60,609 nt of DNA from Hyphomonadaceae bacterium (GTDB lineage: Bacteria > Pseudomonadota > Alphaproteobacteria > Caulobacterales > Hyphomonadaceae): the NCBI GenBank assembly GCA_041987265.1, contig JBHIWT010000001.1, positions 1 to 60,609 of the forward strand, written 5' to 3'. A model generated the notes under the pieces. The model did not search any database. It saw nothing but the letters and a program-made list of their open reading frames with translations, and was not told the origin of the DNA. Each line of letters begins with the position of its first letter. Positions within the stretch are counted from its first letter, which is position 1. Below are positions 26,644-37,012 of this stretch, in pieces. Made by a program: the position numbers and the translations under genes.

Positions 26644-29600
26644 CTACTCCCAGTAATAAGGCTGGCGTTCGCGATCGCCCGTGACTTGCTCGTTCATGGT
26701 CGCAGCGTCGTACAGCCGGCCGTTGAGCATGACGTTGGCGATATCGTCCGAGTTGCGGATGTCATCCAGCGGGTTTGCGTTGAGGACGACGAGGTCAGCC
26801 AGCTTGCCCGACTCAAGCGTGCCGATATCGCCGATGAAACCAAGATGTTCAGCCGGAGCAACTGTCGCCGTGCGCAAGGCTTCGAGCGGCGTCATCCCGC
26901 CGCGTGCAAAGGACCACAGCTCCCAGTGCGCCGCGAGGCCTTCTTCCTGACCATGCGCGCCGATCGAGACCGGGACGCCGCGCTGGGCGAGTTTGCGCGC
27001 TTCCCGGGCGGCGTAGAGGTCCGCAAAGTCCTCTTCCGGCGCCTTGGTGCGCCGAACCGAACTGGGCTGCAGGATGTGCGGCGGGACGTGCCGCGAAAGG
27101 ATCGGGTGCGTCCAGACATCGGTATGATAACGCCAGTATGGATCTGCGGCGAGACCGCCATAGGTAACGACGAGCGTCGGCGTGTAGGCGGCCTTGGTCT
27201 GGCTGTAGAAGCTGAGCACGTCTTCGTAGAGCACGGCCTGCGGGAGATTGTGCTCGACACTGGAATTGCCGTCAGCGACGAGCGCGAGGTCCATGGTGAA
27301 GAGCGATGCGCCTTCTGCGACCACCAGCATGTCTTCCGCCTTGGCGGCGGCGACAACCTGTTGGCGTTGATCGCGGCGGGGCTGGTTGTAGTTCTTGATG
27401 GCGTGTGCGCCCTGCGCCTTCAGGCGTTGAATGTGGGCCAGCGCATCATCGTAGGACTGGATGTCGGCAAAGCCGAACCCCTTGGCGCCGTACACCACGT
27501 CCGCCGTGGAGAAGGTGCGTGGGCCGAGCAGCTTTCCGGTTCGCTGAAGCTCGGCTGCCGGGAACACGTGGCCGTAATAGTTGGACGGATCGAAGACCGT
27601 CGTGACGCCGAGCGCGAGATGGGCGATGGCCGACCAGTTCTGCTCGGGGATGATTTCGTTATCCCCCTGCGGGCCATGCGCGTGAGCGTCGATCAAGCCG
27701 GGAATGATGGTCTTGCCGGTCATGTCGATCTGGCGAATGTCCGCAGGGATGGTCGTGCTGGCCAGCGAACCGACAGTCGAAATGCGCGCGCCATCTATCA
27801 CGATCAAGCCGCTTTCGATTACCCCGCCATTTTCATCCGACATGGTGATGATGCGCGCGCCGGTGAGCGCAACCGTTCCAGAAGGCTTGTCGGCAGTGGC
27901 CGACATCGCGAGCGATACGCCTGCCTGTGGGGGTTCGTAGCCTGCCGCATCTTCCTCGCCCTCCTCCGTTTCGGGAGTGGGGGCTGATGGGATCATCTCC
28001 GCTATGCGCGCGGAATAGAGTGTCGGGCCAAGCGTCCAGTTGAGCTGCTCGCCGCCCGCTGACCAGCTGGCGTAGGTGGCGCCGCCTGCGCTCGCCCGAG
28101 TGACGGGCACCGCGGAGCCGCCCTTGCCCGACCCGAGATCCTGCGGCCCCGGTGTGAGCGGCATCACGTAGGCCGCAAAATTCTGGGTGAAGGCGACAGC
28201 GTCTCCGGCGGGGGCGACGAGATAATCAGAAACAAGCTCACCCGTGGCATGCTTGCGTTCAGCCTGCCCATTGAGATCGACACTGATCAGTGAGGCGTTG
28301 GTATCGTCCCGGATTGTCAGGAACACTCGATCGTTCGAAGCGCCGAAGTGCGGTGCAGCGCCGTCGTTGCGGATGCGTGCAATCTCACCACCATCAACAG
28401 GCACGCGGTAAACGCCAGGATTGTCCGACCACAAGTCTGAAAGGAGAAACCCACCGGACCCCTTCTCGAACACGATTGTTTCGCCATCCGGCGAGAAGCG
28501 CGGAACACGGTAGACGCCCGGCGTTTCCGTGACCGCGCGGTTGCGTGACCCATTCGGCCGCACAGTGCGGATCTGGCCCATTCCTGCATCGGTCCATTCA
28601 ACGTAGGCGATCGACGACCCGTCGTTAGAGAAAGAGGGGAAAAACTCCATCGCCGGACCGTTGCGGCGCGTCAGGCGACGCGGCGCGCCATCGGGAAGCT
28701 GCTTGATGTAAATCTTGCCAAGGGTTTCATAAGCAACGCGAGATCCGTCCGGCGAAACAGAAGCGAAGCGCGGCATCGATGTCTGGAACGTGTCAGGCGC
28801 GACTTCCACACTGGGTCGCGGCGGATCGATCACCGTGCGGGTGTCATCGACCGAGAACGGGATGACGCTGGTTTCGCCCTGGAGGTTCACCCGCCGGATC
28901 TTGCCGCCCGCCCAGAAGACCAGCCCGGATGAGTCCGGCAGCCAGTCCATGTTGGGATAGACGCCATGGACGGCCCAGGTCTCCTGCATGTCCTGGTCCA
29001 GCGCATCATAGAGCGTCGTGATTTCGCCCGAGGTCAGGTCCTTCAGGTGCAGTTTGGATTTGCCGCGCTCGCGTCGAACGAATGCCAGCCAGCGGCCATC
29101 CGGTGATGGTTCCGGCCGCACGGAGCCTCCTGCTCCCGAAACAGCGCGTGTGACTTCACCGGTAGCGAGATCGTAACGCTCGATCGCAAAGATAGTCTGG
29201 TTGGAGTCCTGGGCGTAGATGAAGGTATTTCCGCCCGACACGTTGCGCGTGTAATAGACTGCGGCGCCGTCCGGCGAGAATACGGGTTCGCCGAGTTCCT
29301 TCTGCAGGGATTCACTCGCCCGCTTCACAAGCTGGACGCCATCGCCGCCGCCGAGGTGGTACATCCAGATTTCACCGGTGCCGAGCGAGCGCTGGGTGGT
29401 GAAGTGCTTGCGCGCAGCGATGTATTTTCCATCGGGACTCCAGGCCGGCGCATTCAGTAGCCGGAAGCTCTCATCTGTCAGCGCGACCTTTCCCGTACCA
29501 TCCGTGTTCATGATCCAGATATTGTCGCCGCCGCCGCGATCGCTGGTGAAGGCAATGCGCGAACCATCGGGCGAAAAGCGCGGTTGCATCTCGAACGGCA

Positions 29601-29859
29601 GGCCTTCGGCGATACGCGTCGCCTGGCCGCCGGTAATGGGAAGCGTGTAGATGTCGCCGAGCAGGTCGAATGCGATCGTCTGACCATCCGGACTGACGTC
29701 GACATTCATCCACGTACCTTCGTCGACCCGAATGAGGATTTCGCGCGTGTCCAGCGGCGGCGCAGCAACGTCCCATTTCTGCTGTCCGCCCTCCTGCGCA
29801 TGCGCGGACAACGCCAGCACCGAAGCTGCGAGAACCAGAAGAGTGTTTTGAATGCGCAT
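26644..29859 (-). CDS. periplasmic PD40/TolB-like beta-propeller fused to an amidohydrolase domain
   Basis: The ATG at 29859 gives the signal MRIQNTLLVLAASVLALSAHAQE. Repeated SPDG motifs (FSPDGSRIAF, WSPDGKYIA, PSPDGRWLAF, VSPDGSRVAY, FSPDGETIVF). C-terminal metal-hydrolase motif PGLIDAHAHG. Confidence 0.85.
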   Translation of the reverse strand: MRIQNTLLVLAASVLALSAHAQEGGQQKWDVAAPPLDTREILIRVDEGTWMNVDVSPDGQTIAFDLLGDIYTLPITGGQATRIAEGLPFEMQPRFSPDGSRIAFTSDRGGGDNIWIMNTDGTGKVALTDESFRLLNAPAWSPDGKYIAARKHFTTQRSLGTGEIWMYHLGGGDGVQLVKRASESLQKELGEPVFSPDGAAVYYTRNVSGGNTFIYAQDSNQTIFAIERYDLATGEVTRAVSGAGGSVRPEPSPDGRWLAFVRRERGKSKLHLKDLTSGEITTLYDALDQDMQETWAVHGVYPNMDWLPDSSGLVFWAGGKIRRVNLQGETSVIPFSVDDTRTVIDPPRPSVEVAPDTFQTSMPRFASVSPDGSRVAYETLGKIYIKQLPDGAPRRLTRRNGPAMEFFPSFSNDGSSIAYVEWTDAGMGQIRTVRPNGSRNRAVTETPGVYRVPRFSPDGETIVFEKGSGGFLLSDLWSDNPGVYRVPVDGGEIARIRNDGAAPHFGASNDRVFLTIRDDTNASLISVDLNGQAERKHATGELVSDYLVAPAGDAVAFTQNFAAYVMPLTPGPQDLGSGKGGSAVPVTRASAGGATYASWSAGGEQLNWTLGPTLYSARIAEMIPSAPTPETEEGEEDAAGYEPPQAGVSLAMSATADKPSGTVALTGARIITMSDENGGVIESGLIVIDGARISTVGSLASTTIPADIRQIDMTGKTIIPGLIDAHAHGPQGDNEIIPEQNWSAIAHLALGVTTVFDPSNYYGHVFPAAELQRTGKLLGPRTFSTADVVYGAKGFGFADIQSYDDALAHIQRLKAQGAHAIKNYNQPRRDQRQQVVAAAKAEDMLVVAEGASLFTMDLALVADGNSSVEHNLPQAVLYEDVLSFYSQTKAAYTPTLVVTYGGLAADPYWRYHTDVWTHPILSRHVPPHILQPSSVRRTKAPEEDFADLYAAREARKLAQRGVPVSIGAHGQEEGLAAHWELWSFARGGMTPLEALRTATVAPAEHLGFIGDIGTLESGKLADLVVLNANPLDDIRNSDDIANVMLNGRLYDAATMNEQVTGDRERQPYYWE

Positions 29860-29988
29860 GCCCGCCCGCCACGTCTGATTGAAACCCGAGCATAGATCGA
29901 GATGTGCCGCTGGCAATCCGAAGCCCGGAGCGAGCTGGACACGTGTTCGCCTAACAGGAGACTGGCTGGATCTGGCCGAGCGGCGAGA

Positions 29989-31473
29989 TCAGTCCGCCAG
30001 CCCGCCCATGGCGAGATATTTGAGTTCCTGGAAATCGCTGAGGCCGTAACGCGAGCCCTCGCGTCCCATGCCGCTCTCCTTCATGCCTCCGAACGGGGCC
30101 GAGTGGTTGGACACGATCCCTTCATTGAGGCCGACCATCCCGTATTCAAGCGCTTCGCCGATGCGCCAGGCGCGATCGTAACTGCGGGTCCAGAAATAGG
30201 CGGCGAGACCGTAAGGCGTATCGTTGGCGATCCGGATCGCTTCCTCATCGGACGTAAAGGTGATGACTGGGGCGACCGGGCCGAAAATTTCCGTTGATAT
30301 GATCGGTGCGCCCGCACCCACATTGCCAAGCAGCGTCGGGACATAGCCTGCGCCGTCGAGCGCCGTCTCGCCGCCTACGATCACATCTGCGCCCTGTTCC
30401 CTCGTCGCCGCGACCAACTCGGCGACACGGTCGACCGCGCCTCGGCGGATCATCGGGCCGATCTCGACACCGTCGTCACGGCCGTCACCCAGTCTCATCG
30501 CCTGCGCCCGCTCTGCGAGCCGGGATGTGAAAGCATCCGCAACATCTGCGTGAACGAGAAAACGGTTGGCGCTGATGCAGGTCTGGCCGGCATTGCGGAA
30601 TTTCGACATGACGGCGCCCGCGATGACCGCGTCGAGATCGGCGTCTTCGAAAACGATGAACGGTGCGTTCCCGCCGAGTTCGAGAGACAGCCGCTTGAGG
30701 CCGTCCGACGCCTGGCGCATCAGCAATTTTCCAACCCGGGTCGATCCGGTGAAGGAAATCTTGCGCACCTTTTCTGCGCTCACCAGCGCGGCGGCGACAT
30801 CCGCCGGCGACTTGCAGGTGACGACCGTGAAAAGGTCACCGGGCAAGCCGGCGTCTTCGGCGAGGATCTGCAGCGCCAGCGCAGACAGCGGCGTATCTTC
30901 AGCCGGCTTGAGGACGACCGCGCATCCGGCCGCGAGAGCGGGCGCGACCTTCCGCGTAATCATGCCGCTCGGAAAGTTCCACGGCGTCAGCGCGGCGACA
31001 ACGCCTACCGGCTGCTTCAGCACCAGCATGCGCCGGTTGCCGGCGTTGCTGGGGACAATGTCGCCATAAGCGCGAACTGCCTCCTCGGCGAACCATTTGA
31101 GGTAGTCGGCTCCGAAAAGGATTTCGGTTCGGGCCTCGGCGACAGGCTTGCCCTGTTCCAGCGTCAGCAGGAAAGCCAGCGCTTCGATATTCTCGATAAT
31201 GAGAGAGCGCCAGCGGTGGAGAAAGTCTGATCGGGAATGGGCGGTGGCCCGCGCCCATGCCGGCATTGCGGTTGCCGCGCGTTCCACAGCGGCGAGCGCA
31301 TCTTCAGGTGTACCATCCGCGACCTCGGCGATCACCTCGCCGTTCAGCGGATTAGTGACCGCAAAGCGGCCGGAGGCTTTCTCCGGCGGGAAACGCCCGG
31401 ATATCCGGACCAGTAGGTCCTGCGCCGCCTGAGCGGCTGTCCTGCGCGTCGTCTCGCTGTCTGCTGCACTCAT
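29989..31473 (-). CDS. gabD: succinate-semialdehyde dehydrogenase (ALDH family, GabD-like)
   Basis: ELGGNAPFIVFEDADLD and SKFRNAGQTCISANR closely match GabD blocks. Confidence 0.8.
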   Translation of the reverse strand: MSAADSETTRRTAAQAAQDLLVRISGRFPPEKASGRFAVTNPLNGEVIAEVADGTPEDALAAVERAATAMPAWARATAHSRSDFLHRWRSLIIENIEALAFLLTLEQGKPVAEARTEILFGADYLKWFAEEAVRAYGDIVPSNAGNRRMLVLKQPVGVVAALTPWNFPSGMITRKVAPALAAGCAVVLKPAEDTPLSALALQILAEDAGLPGDLFTVVTCKSPADVAAALVSAEKVRKISFTGSTRVGKLLMRQASDGLKRLSLELGGNAPFIVFEDADLDAVIAGAVMSKFRNAGQTCISANRFLVHADVADAFTSRLAERAQAMRLGDGRDDGVEIGPMIRRGAVDRVAELVAATREQGADVIVGGETALDGAGYVPTLLGNVGAGAPIISTEIFGPVAPVITFTSDEEAIRIANDTPYGLAAYFWTRSYDRAWRIGEALEYGMVGLNEGIVSNHSAPFGGMKESGMGREGSRYGLSDFQELKYLAMGGLAD

Positions 31474-31844
31474 CTTACGCCCATCTGTTTGGTTGCCTGG
31501 CGCCCACGTTTTGCCCTGTCAGGGGGATCGTCAACCTATGCGGCTTGAGCCCAGCTGACGGCGCGAATCGCGGTTCAGCCGCAGAAACGGTTTGCAGCCG
31601 CCTCCTACCCCCGGTTTGGCGCCAAATCTTGCGCAATCGGGCCAAAAACCGCCAACGGCTTGGGCAATTTTGTATTGTCGAAAGTCGACATCCGCGCGGT
31701 AACCAACGGTCGATGAACCAGGCGCCAGTGTCTGCCCATGATCGCTGGCGTGGTGACGGCTTGCTCTATCGATTTCCGGCCCCGTTCCCGGACACTCACA
31801 ACGGTATCGGAAGGGGTGACCTGTGTGATACCCCTTGGGGCGTC

Positions 31845-33059
31845 ATGGTGAGTTTTTCCAGCCCTTCTGATTCTTCAAACAAAGGCGGATGGTCCGCGCT
31901 GATCGACGATGCGCAGTCTTTCCGCCGCGACCTTCACGCCGCGCCTGAACTGCCATGGAAGGAGGTCAAGACCGCCGAGGCGATCCGCGCGCGACTGGAT
32001 GCGCTGGGGATCGAATGGCGCGCGTGCGCCGGAACCGGAACGATCGGCTATCTGGCGAAGTCGGCGCCCGGGCGCCGGATCGCGCTACGCGGCGATATCG
32101 ACGCCCTGCCCATCGTGGAACAGACCAACCATGACTGGCGTTCGCAACACGAGGGCTGCATGCATGCATGCGGTCATGACGGCCATACCGCGACGCTGAT
32201 GGCGGCGGCGACCTGGCTGAAATCCCATGAGGACGCCCTGCCTGGTCCGGTAACACTGTTGTTCCAGCCTGCCGAAGAAGGCGGGCACGGAGCCAAGAAG
32301 ATGATTGAAGACGGTGCGCTGGAAAACATCGACGTGGTGTTCGGCTGGCACAACTGGCCGGCTATCCCGTTCGGACAGGCTGTCTGTCCCGACGGCGCGA
32401 TCATGGCGGGCAACGGCACTTTCAACATCACCGTCAAGGGCGCGGGCGGTCACGCAAGCCAGCCGGAACTGGTGCGCGATCCGGTGCTGGCTGCTGCTGC
32501 GATCACGATGGCGCTGCAACAGATCGTTGCGCGGCGGGTGTCGCCGCAACGGTCCGTGGTTGTAAGCGTGTCGTCGATAGACGCGCCGAGTTATGACACG
32601 ATCGTGCCCGAACAGGCGAAGATCGGCGGCAGTATCCGCATCACCGATCCCGACGACCGCGACTTCGTAAACGGCCTGATCGAGCAGATCGCACGCGATG
32701 TGGGCGCAGCCTATGGTGTTGAAGCCACTACCGAGATCATCCGCCGCTACGATGCAACCATCAATCACGCGGACGCCGCGGCCGAAATGCGATCGGCGCT
32801 GAGCGACGAGCTTGGCGCAGACTGGCTATCGACCGAAACGGCGACCCCGATCATGGCCTCTGAGGATTTCAGCTACTACCTCAAGGAAAAGCCCGGCGCC
32901 TTCGCGTTGATCGGAGCAGATGACGGCAACGATCATGACGAGCCGTGCCACAGCCCCCGCTATGACTTCAATGACCGGCTGATCCCTGTCGTGACGCGGT
33001 TGTACGCGCGTCTGGCCGGGGCGCCGCTACCCAATTCCGGAGAAGCCGACACAGGCTGA
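31845..33059 (+). CDS. M20 family amidohydrolase (hippurate hydrolase / N-acyl-amino-acid deacylase type)
   Basis: HACGHDGH and PAEEGGHGAKKM metal-site blocks. The ATG at 31845 gives a normal length of about 404 aa. The upstream part of ORF 31545 looks non-coding. Confidence 0.85.
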   Translation: MVSFSSPSDSSNKGGWSALIDDAQSFRRDLHAAPELPWKEVKTAEAIRARLDALGIEWRACAGTGTIGYLAKSAPGRRIALRGDIDALPIVEQTNHDWRSQHEGCMHACGHDGHTATLMAAATWLKSHEDALPGPVTLLFQPAEEGGHGAKKMIEDGALENIDVVFGWHNWPAIPFGQAVCPDGAIMAGNGTFNITVKGAGGHASQPELVRDPVLAAAAITMALQQIVARRVSPQRSVVVSVSSIDAPSYDTIVPEQAKIGGSIRITDPDDRDFVNGLIEQIARDVGAAYGVEATTEIIRRYDATINHADAAAEMRSALSDELGADWLSTETATPIMASEDFSYYLKEKPGAFALIGADDGNDHDEPCHSPRYDFNDRLIPVVTRLYARLAGAPLPNSGEADTG

Positions 33060-33087
33060 TCGCCACACAGCAAAGGAGCCAGACGGC

Positions 33088-34320
33088 ATGATGGAAGTAT
33101 TCGACCAGTGGGAATCCGAAGTTCGCGGCTATTCACGCGCCTACCCGACTGTGTTTGTTTCTGCTTCCAATGCCAGACAGGTCGATGAGGCTGGAAAGTC
33201 TTATATCGACTTCTTCGCAGGCGCCGGCGTCCTGAACTTCGGCCACAACAACGACAAGATGAAGGCGGCGATGATCGCCTTTCTTGAGGCCGATGGCGTC
33301 GCTCACAGCCTCGACATGGCGACCGCGCCCAAGCGCGATTTCATGCAGGCCTTCGTGGATACGATTCAGAAGCCGCGCGGCTGGAACTACAAGATGCAGT
33401 TCATGGGGCCGACCGGCACCAACGCCGTGGAAGCTGCGCTGAAGATTGCACGACGGGCGACCGGACGGCGGAACATCATCGCCTTCTCTGGCGGCTTTCA
33501 CGGAATGACGTTGGGCTCTCTTGCCTGCACGGCAAACTCCTACTTTCGCAACGCCGCAGGCGTCCCGCTCAGCGATGTCACGCGATTGCCGTATGGCGCG
33601 TCGATGGAGGAATTCTCGGCGCTGATGGACGACCCGTCTTCAGGTATCGAAATGCCGGCCGGGATCATGGTCGAGCCGATCCAGGCCGAAGGCGGCGTCA
33701 ATGTCGCCACGGAAGAATGGCTGCACAGCGTGCAGGCGTTTGCGAGGAAAATCGGCGCGCTGTTGATCTTTGATGACATCCAGGCCGGGTGCGGCCGCAC
33801 CGGCAGTTATTTCAGCTTCGACGGCATGGGACTTGATCCGGATGTGATTACGCTCGCCAAGGGAATTGGCGGATACGGAACGCCGCTTGCGATGAACCTC
33901 ACCAAGCCGGAACATGACAAACACTGGTCGCCCGGCGAACATACCGGCACGTTCCGCGGGCAAGGTCTGTCGTTCGTCGCCGGGCGCGAAGCGCTGCGCT
34001 ATTTTGAGGACGACACGTTTTCCAAGGACGTCGTTCGCAAGGGCGAGATCATGCGCTCGCGCCTGCACGACATGGCGAGCGCCGGATCGAACGCTTGGGA
34101 AGTCCGCGGCAAGGGCATGATGCAGGCGATCGATGTTGTGGACGGCGCCTTCGCCAAGGAGGTCGCGGCGACGAGTTTTAAGAACGGGCTGCTGGTCGGC
34201 CCCTGCGGGTCCGGCGGTCGCGTTGTCAAACTGATCCCGCCGCTAACCATCCCGGATGAAGATCTCGTCGAAGGTCTCGATATCCTTGAAGCAGCCATCA
34301 AGTCAGCCGGAGCCAGCTAG
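33088..34320 (+). CDS. diaminobutyrate--2-oxoglutarate transaminase family (EctB/DoeD-like class III aminotransferase)
   Basis: The N-terminus ESEVRGYSRAYPTVF...YIDFFAGAGVLNFGHNN...GPTGTNAVEAALKIAR tracks the EctB family closely. Confidence 0.85.
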   Translation: MMEVFDQWESEVRGYSRAYPTVFVSASNARQVDEAGKSYIDFFAGAGVLNFGHNNDKMKAAMIAFLEADGVAHSLDMATAPKRDFMQAFVDTIQKPRGWNYKMQFMGPTGTNAVEAALKIARRATGRRNIIAFSGGFHGMTLGSLACTANSYFRNAAGVPLSDVTRLPYGASMEEFSALMDDPSSGIEMPAGIMVEPIQAEGGVNVATEEWLHSVQAFARKIGALLIFDDIQAGCGRTGSYFSFDGMGLDPDVITLAKGIGGYGTPLAMNLTKPEHDKHWSPGEHTGTFRGQGLSFVAGREALRYFEDDTFSKDVVRKGEIMRSRLHDMASAGSNAWEVRGKGMMQAIDVVDGAFAKEVAATSFKNGLLVGPCGSGGRVVKLIPPLTIPDEDLVEGLDILEAAIKSAGAS

Positions 34321-35559
34321 ATGAGACGTCGCGACGACATGACCTTCCCGCCGGAAGAGTATGAGCGGCGGATCTCCGAACTGCGGGAGCGAATGAAGGA
34401 CCGGCTGCTCGACGCCGTCATCATCTCCGACCCTGAAAACATCATGTACCTGACGGATTACCAGACCACCGGGTATTCCTTCTTCCAGGCGATCGTCGTG
34501 CCGCAGGACGGCCAGTGCTGGATGGTGACGCGCAAGCTGGAAGAATCCAACGTCCATGCACGCACATGGGTGGAGCTGACGCGTCCATTCAAGGATACCG
34601 GCGACGCGATCCAGACGCTCGTGGATTCACTCTCCGAGTTCGGCCTCGCAAAGGGCACAGTCGGCTACGAACGCAATTCCTACTTCCTGCCGGCCTACCA
34701 GCAAGACCGCATCCGGGGTCTCTTCACGCAAGGCCGCCTGATTGACTGCTTCGGGATCGTTGAGGAGGGGCGGCTGTGCAAATCGGACGTCGAAATCCAG
34801 GCCATGAAGAAAGCGGCCGCGGCGACTGAAGCCGGAATGCGAGCAGGGATCGACGCGGTGGAGGTCGGCGTATCGGAGAACGAAATCGGCGCTGCGATCT
34901 CCGCCGCGATGTTCCGCGCCGGCGGCGAACCGCCCGCCGTCATGCCCTATGTCACGTCCGGCCCGCGCACGATGATCGGACACGCGACATGGGAGGGCCG
35001 CAAGGTCGAGGCTGGCGATCATGTCTTTCTGGAGGTTGGCGGCTGTTTCCGGCGTTATCATGCAGCAATGATGCGGACGATCACGATCGGCGAGATTTCG
35101 TCGGAGATGGAAAACGCCGAGTACAAGATGCTTCAGGCGCTGGAACAGCTGCACAAGGAGATCCACCCTGGGCTGACCGTTTCCGATGCCGACAAGATCG
35201 CGCGGGACATTATCGCTTCAGGCTCGCACGGCGGCGAGCTGATCACGCGGTCGGGCTATTCTATCGGCATCGCCTTCCCGCCAAGCTGGGATGAAGGCTA
35301 CATCCTCTCGTTGATGCAAGGCGACCCGACACCGTTCAAGGTCGGCATGACTTTTCACCTTATCCCGTGGGTGTGGGGCGTCGACGGCAAGCAGACGGTT
35401 GGAATTTCTGACACCATCCACGTCACCAAGACCGGATGTGAATCGTTCTTCTCGCTGGATCGCGAATTTGTTCGCAAGCCCGCGCCCGCCAAAAAGTCCG
35501 GCAAGAGATCGGGCGGCGCCAAACCATCAAGCAACGGGCACGCCGTTTCGGCGTCCTGA
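34321..35559 (+). CDS. M24-fold hydrolase (creatinase/prolidase family; ectoine-hydrolase DoeA-like candidate)
   Basis: Creatinase-type N-domain plus pita-bread domain. The usual Asp metal ligands appear replaced (FLEVGGCFRRYHAAMMRT). The start abuts the transaminase stop. Confidence 0.75.
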   Translation: MRRRDDMTFPPEEYERRISELRERMKDRLLDAVIISDPENIMYLTDYQTTGYSFFQAIVVPQDGQCWMVTRKLEESNVHARTWVELTRPFKDTGDAIQTLVDSLSEFGLAKGTVGYERNSYFLPAYQQDRIRGLFTQGRLIDCFGIVEEGRLCKSDVEIQAMKKAAAATEAGMRAGIDAVEVGVSENEIGAAISAAMFRAGGEPPAVMPYVTSGPRTMIGHATWEGRKVEAGDHVFLEVGGCFRRYHAAMMRTITIGEISSEMENAEYKMLQALEQLHKEIHPGLTVSDADKIARDIIASGSHGGELITRSGYSIGIAFPPSWDEGYILSLMQGDPTPFKVGMTFHLIPWVWGVDGKQTVGISDTIHVTKTGCESFFSLDREFVRKPAPAKKSGKRSGGAKPSSNGHAVSAS

Positions 35560-35573
35560 AGGAGCACATCGAC

Positions 35574-36944
35574 ATGCTGACAGCCATCAACCCGGCGACG
35601 GGCGAAGTGGTTCGTGAAGTCACGCCTGACGACGAGAAGACCACCGATGAAAAACTCTCTCGCGCTCATGAAGCGTTTCACGCGTGGCGAGAGCTGAGCT
35701 TCGCCAGGCGAGCCGATGTCCTGAACGCCGTAGCCGCCTACATGCGCGCCAACATGGACGACATGGCGCCGGTGATGACCGAGGAGATGGGCAAGCCGAT
35801 CAAGGAATCGATCGGCGAGGTCGAGAAGTCAGCATGGTGCGCGAACCATTACGCAGAGAACGGCGAAGCGTATCTCGCAACGCTCACCCTGCCTTCGGAT
35901 GCGACACGCAGTTATGTGCAACACCTGCCCCTGGGCGTGATCCTCGGTATCCTGCCGTGGAATGCGCCGTTCTGGCTGGCGTTTCGTTTCGCTGCGCCCG
36001 CCCTGATGGCGGGCAATACCTGCGTGATGAAGCATGACCCACATGTCCCGGGCTGCGCCCTGAAAATCGCCAAGGCGTTCGACGAGGCTGGCGCCCCGCC
36101 CGGCGTGTTTCAGGCGCTGATGCTGGAAACCTCACAAGTGGAAGCCGTGATCCGCGATCCCAGAGTGAAGGCGGTGTCCTTCACCGGCTCCTCTCGCGGC
36201 GGCGCTGCAGTCGCGACGATTGCAGGATCTGAAATCAAACCGGTCGTGCTGGAACTTGGCGGATCGGACCCGTCGATTATCCTGGCCGATGCGGACCTCG
36301 AAAAGGCGGCAGACGTCCTGACACTGTCGCGGATCATCAATGCCGGACAGTCGTGCATCGCCGCCAAGCGGCTCATCGTCGAAGCGCCGATCTACGATGA
36401 AATGTGCGAGATGATGCGCTCGCGTCTTGCCGCGCTAAAGCTGGGTGATCCGGCAAATGAAGACACCCAGATCGGGCCGATCGCGCGCAACAACCTGCGC
36501 GATGAACTACACAGACAGGTCACTGCGACCAGGGAGGCCGGCGCCCGCCTGCTGCTTGGCGGAGAAATCCCGGACGGGCACGGCTTTTTCTATCCCGCCA
36601 CTCTGCTGGCGGATGTCGAGCCTGGCATGTGCGCATTTGTCGAAGAAACCTTCGGACCAGTCGGAGCGATGGTGCGCGCGGACGACGAGGAACACGCGCT
36701 GGCGCTGGCGAACAACACCGACTACGGTCTGGCGGCAAGCGTATGGACCGAGACCGAGCGCGGTGAAAAACTGGCGCGCCGGATCGTCGCCGGACAGGTT
36801 TCGGTCAACGGCATCGTCAAGACAGACCCGCGCCTGCCTTCCGGCGGGGTCGGCAAATCGGGCATCGGTCGGGAACTGGGACCCCACGGAATTCGTGAGT
36901 TCGTGAACGCGCAACAGATCTGGGTCGGCCCGGCCGCAGGATAG
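35574..36944 (+). CDS. NAD(P)-dependent aldehyde (semialdehyde) dehydrogenase
   Basis: ALDH blocks ELGGSDP and NAGQSCIAAKR (catalytic Cys). Last gene of the same-strand cluster. Confidence 0.85.
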   Translation: MLTAINPATGEVVREVTPDDEKTTDEKLSRAHEAFHAWRELSFARRADVLNAVAAYMRANMDDMAPVMTEEMGKPIKESIGEVEKSAWCANHYAENGEAYLATLTLPSDATRSYVQHLPLGVILGILPWNAPFWLAFRFAAPALMAGNTCVMKHDPHVPGCALKIAKAFDEAGAPPGVFQALMLETSQVEAVIRDPRVKAVSFTGSSRGGAAVATIAGSEIKPVVLELGGSDPSIILADADLEKAADVLTLSRIINAGQSCIAAKRLIVEAPIYDEMCEMMRSRLAALKLGDPANEDTQIGPIARNNLRDELHRQVTATREAGARLLLGGEIPDGHGFFYPATLLADVEPGMCAFVEETFGPVGAMVRADDEEHALALANNTDYGLAASVWTETERGEKLARRIVAGQVSVNGIVKTDPRLPSGGVGKSGIGRELGPHGIREFVNAQQIWVGPAAG

Positions 36945-37012
36945 CCGCCTGCGGTTACCACGCACGCTTCTTGCTGGTTGCATCCCCAGCGTTGCAAAAC
37001 GGGAGGCGCGGC

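Noticed and set aside
26686-27987. 433-aa plus-strand ORF
   Set aside because: It lies antisense to the amidohydrolase domain of 26644..29859.
31676-31690. Palindrome TGTCGA-AAG-TCGACA upstream of the M20/DABA cluster as an operator
   Set aside because: It is a single short 6-3-6 palindrome with no adjacent regulator gene and no second copy, so support is insufficient.
31545-31844. N-terminal 100-codon extension of the M20 hydrolase ORF
   Set aside because: The extension has no family similarity and would give an abnormally long protein. The ATG at 31845 yields the normal length of about 404 aa. The same logic was applied to the long track starts at 9103, 3134, 5788, 29916, 39700, 45189, 51219 and 54439.
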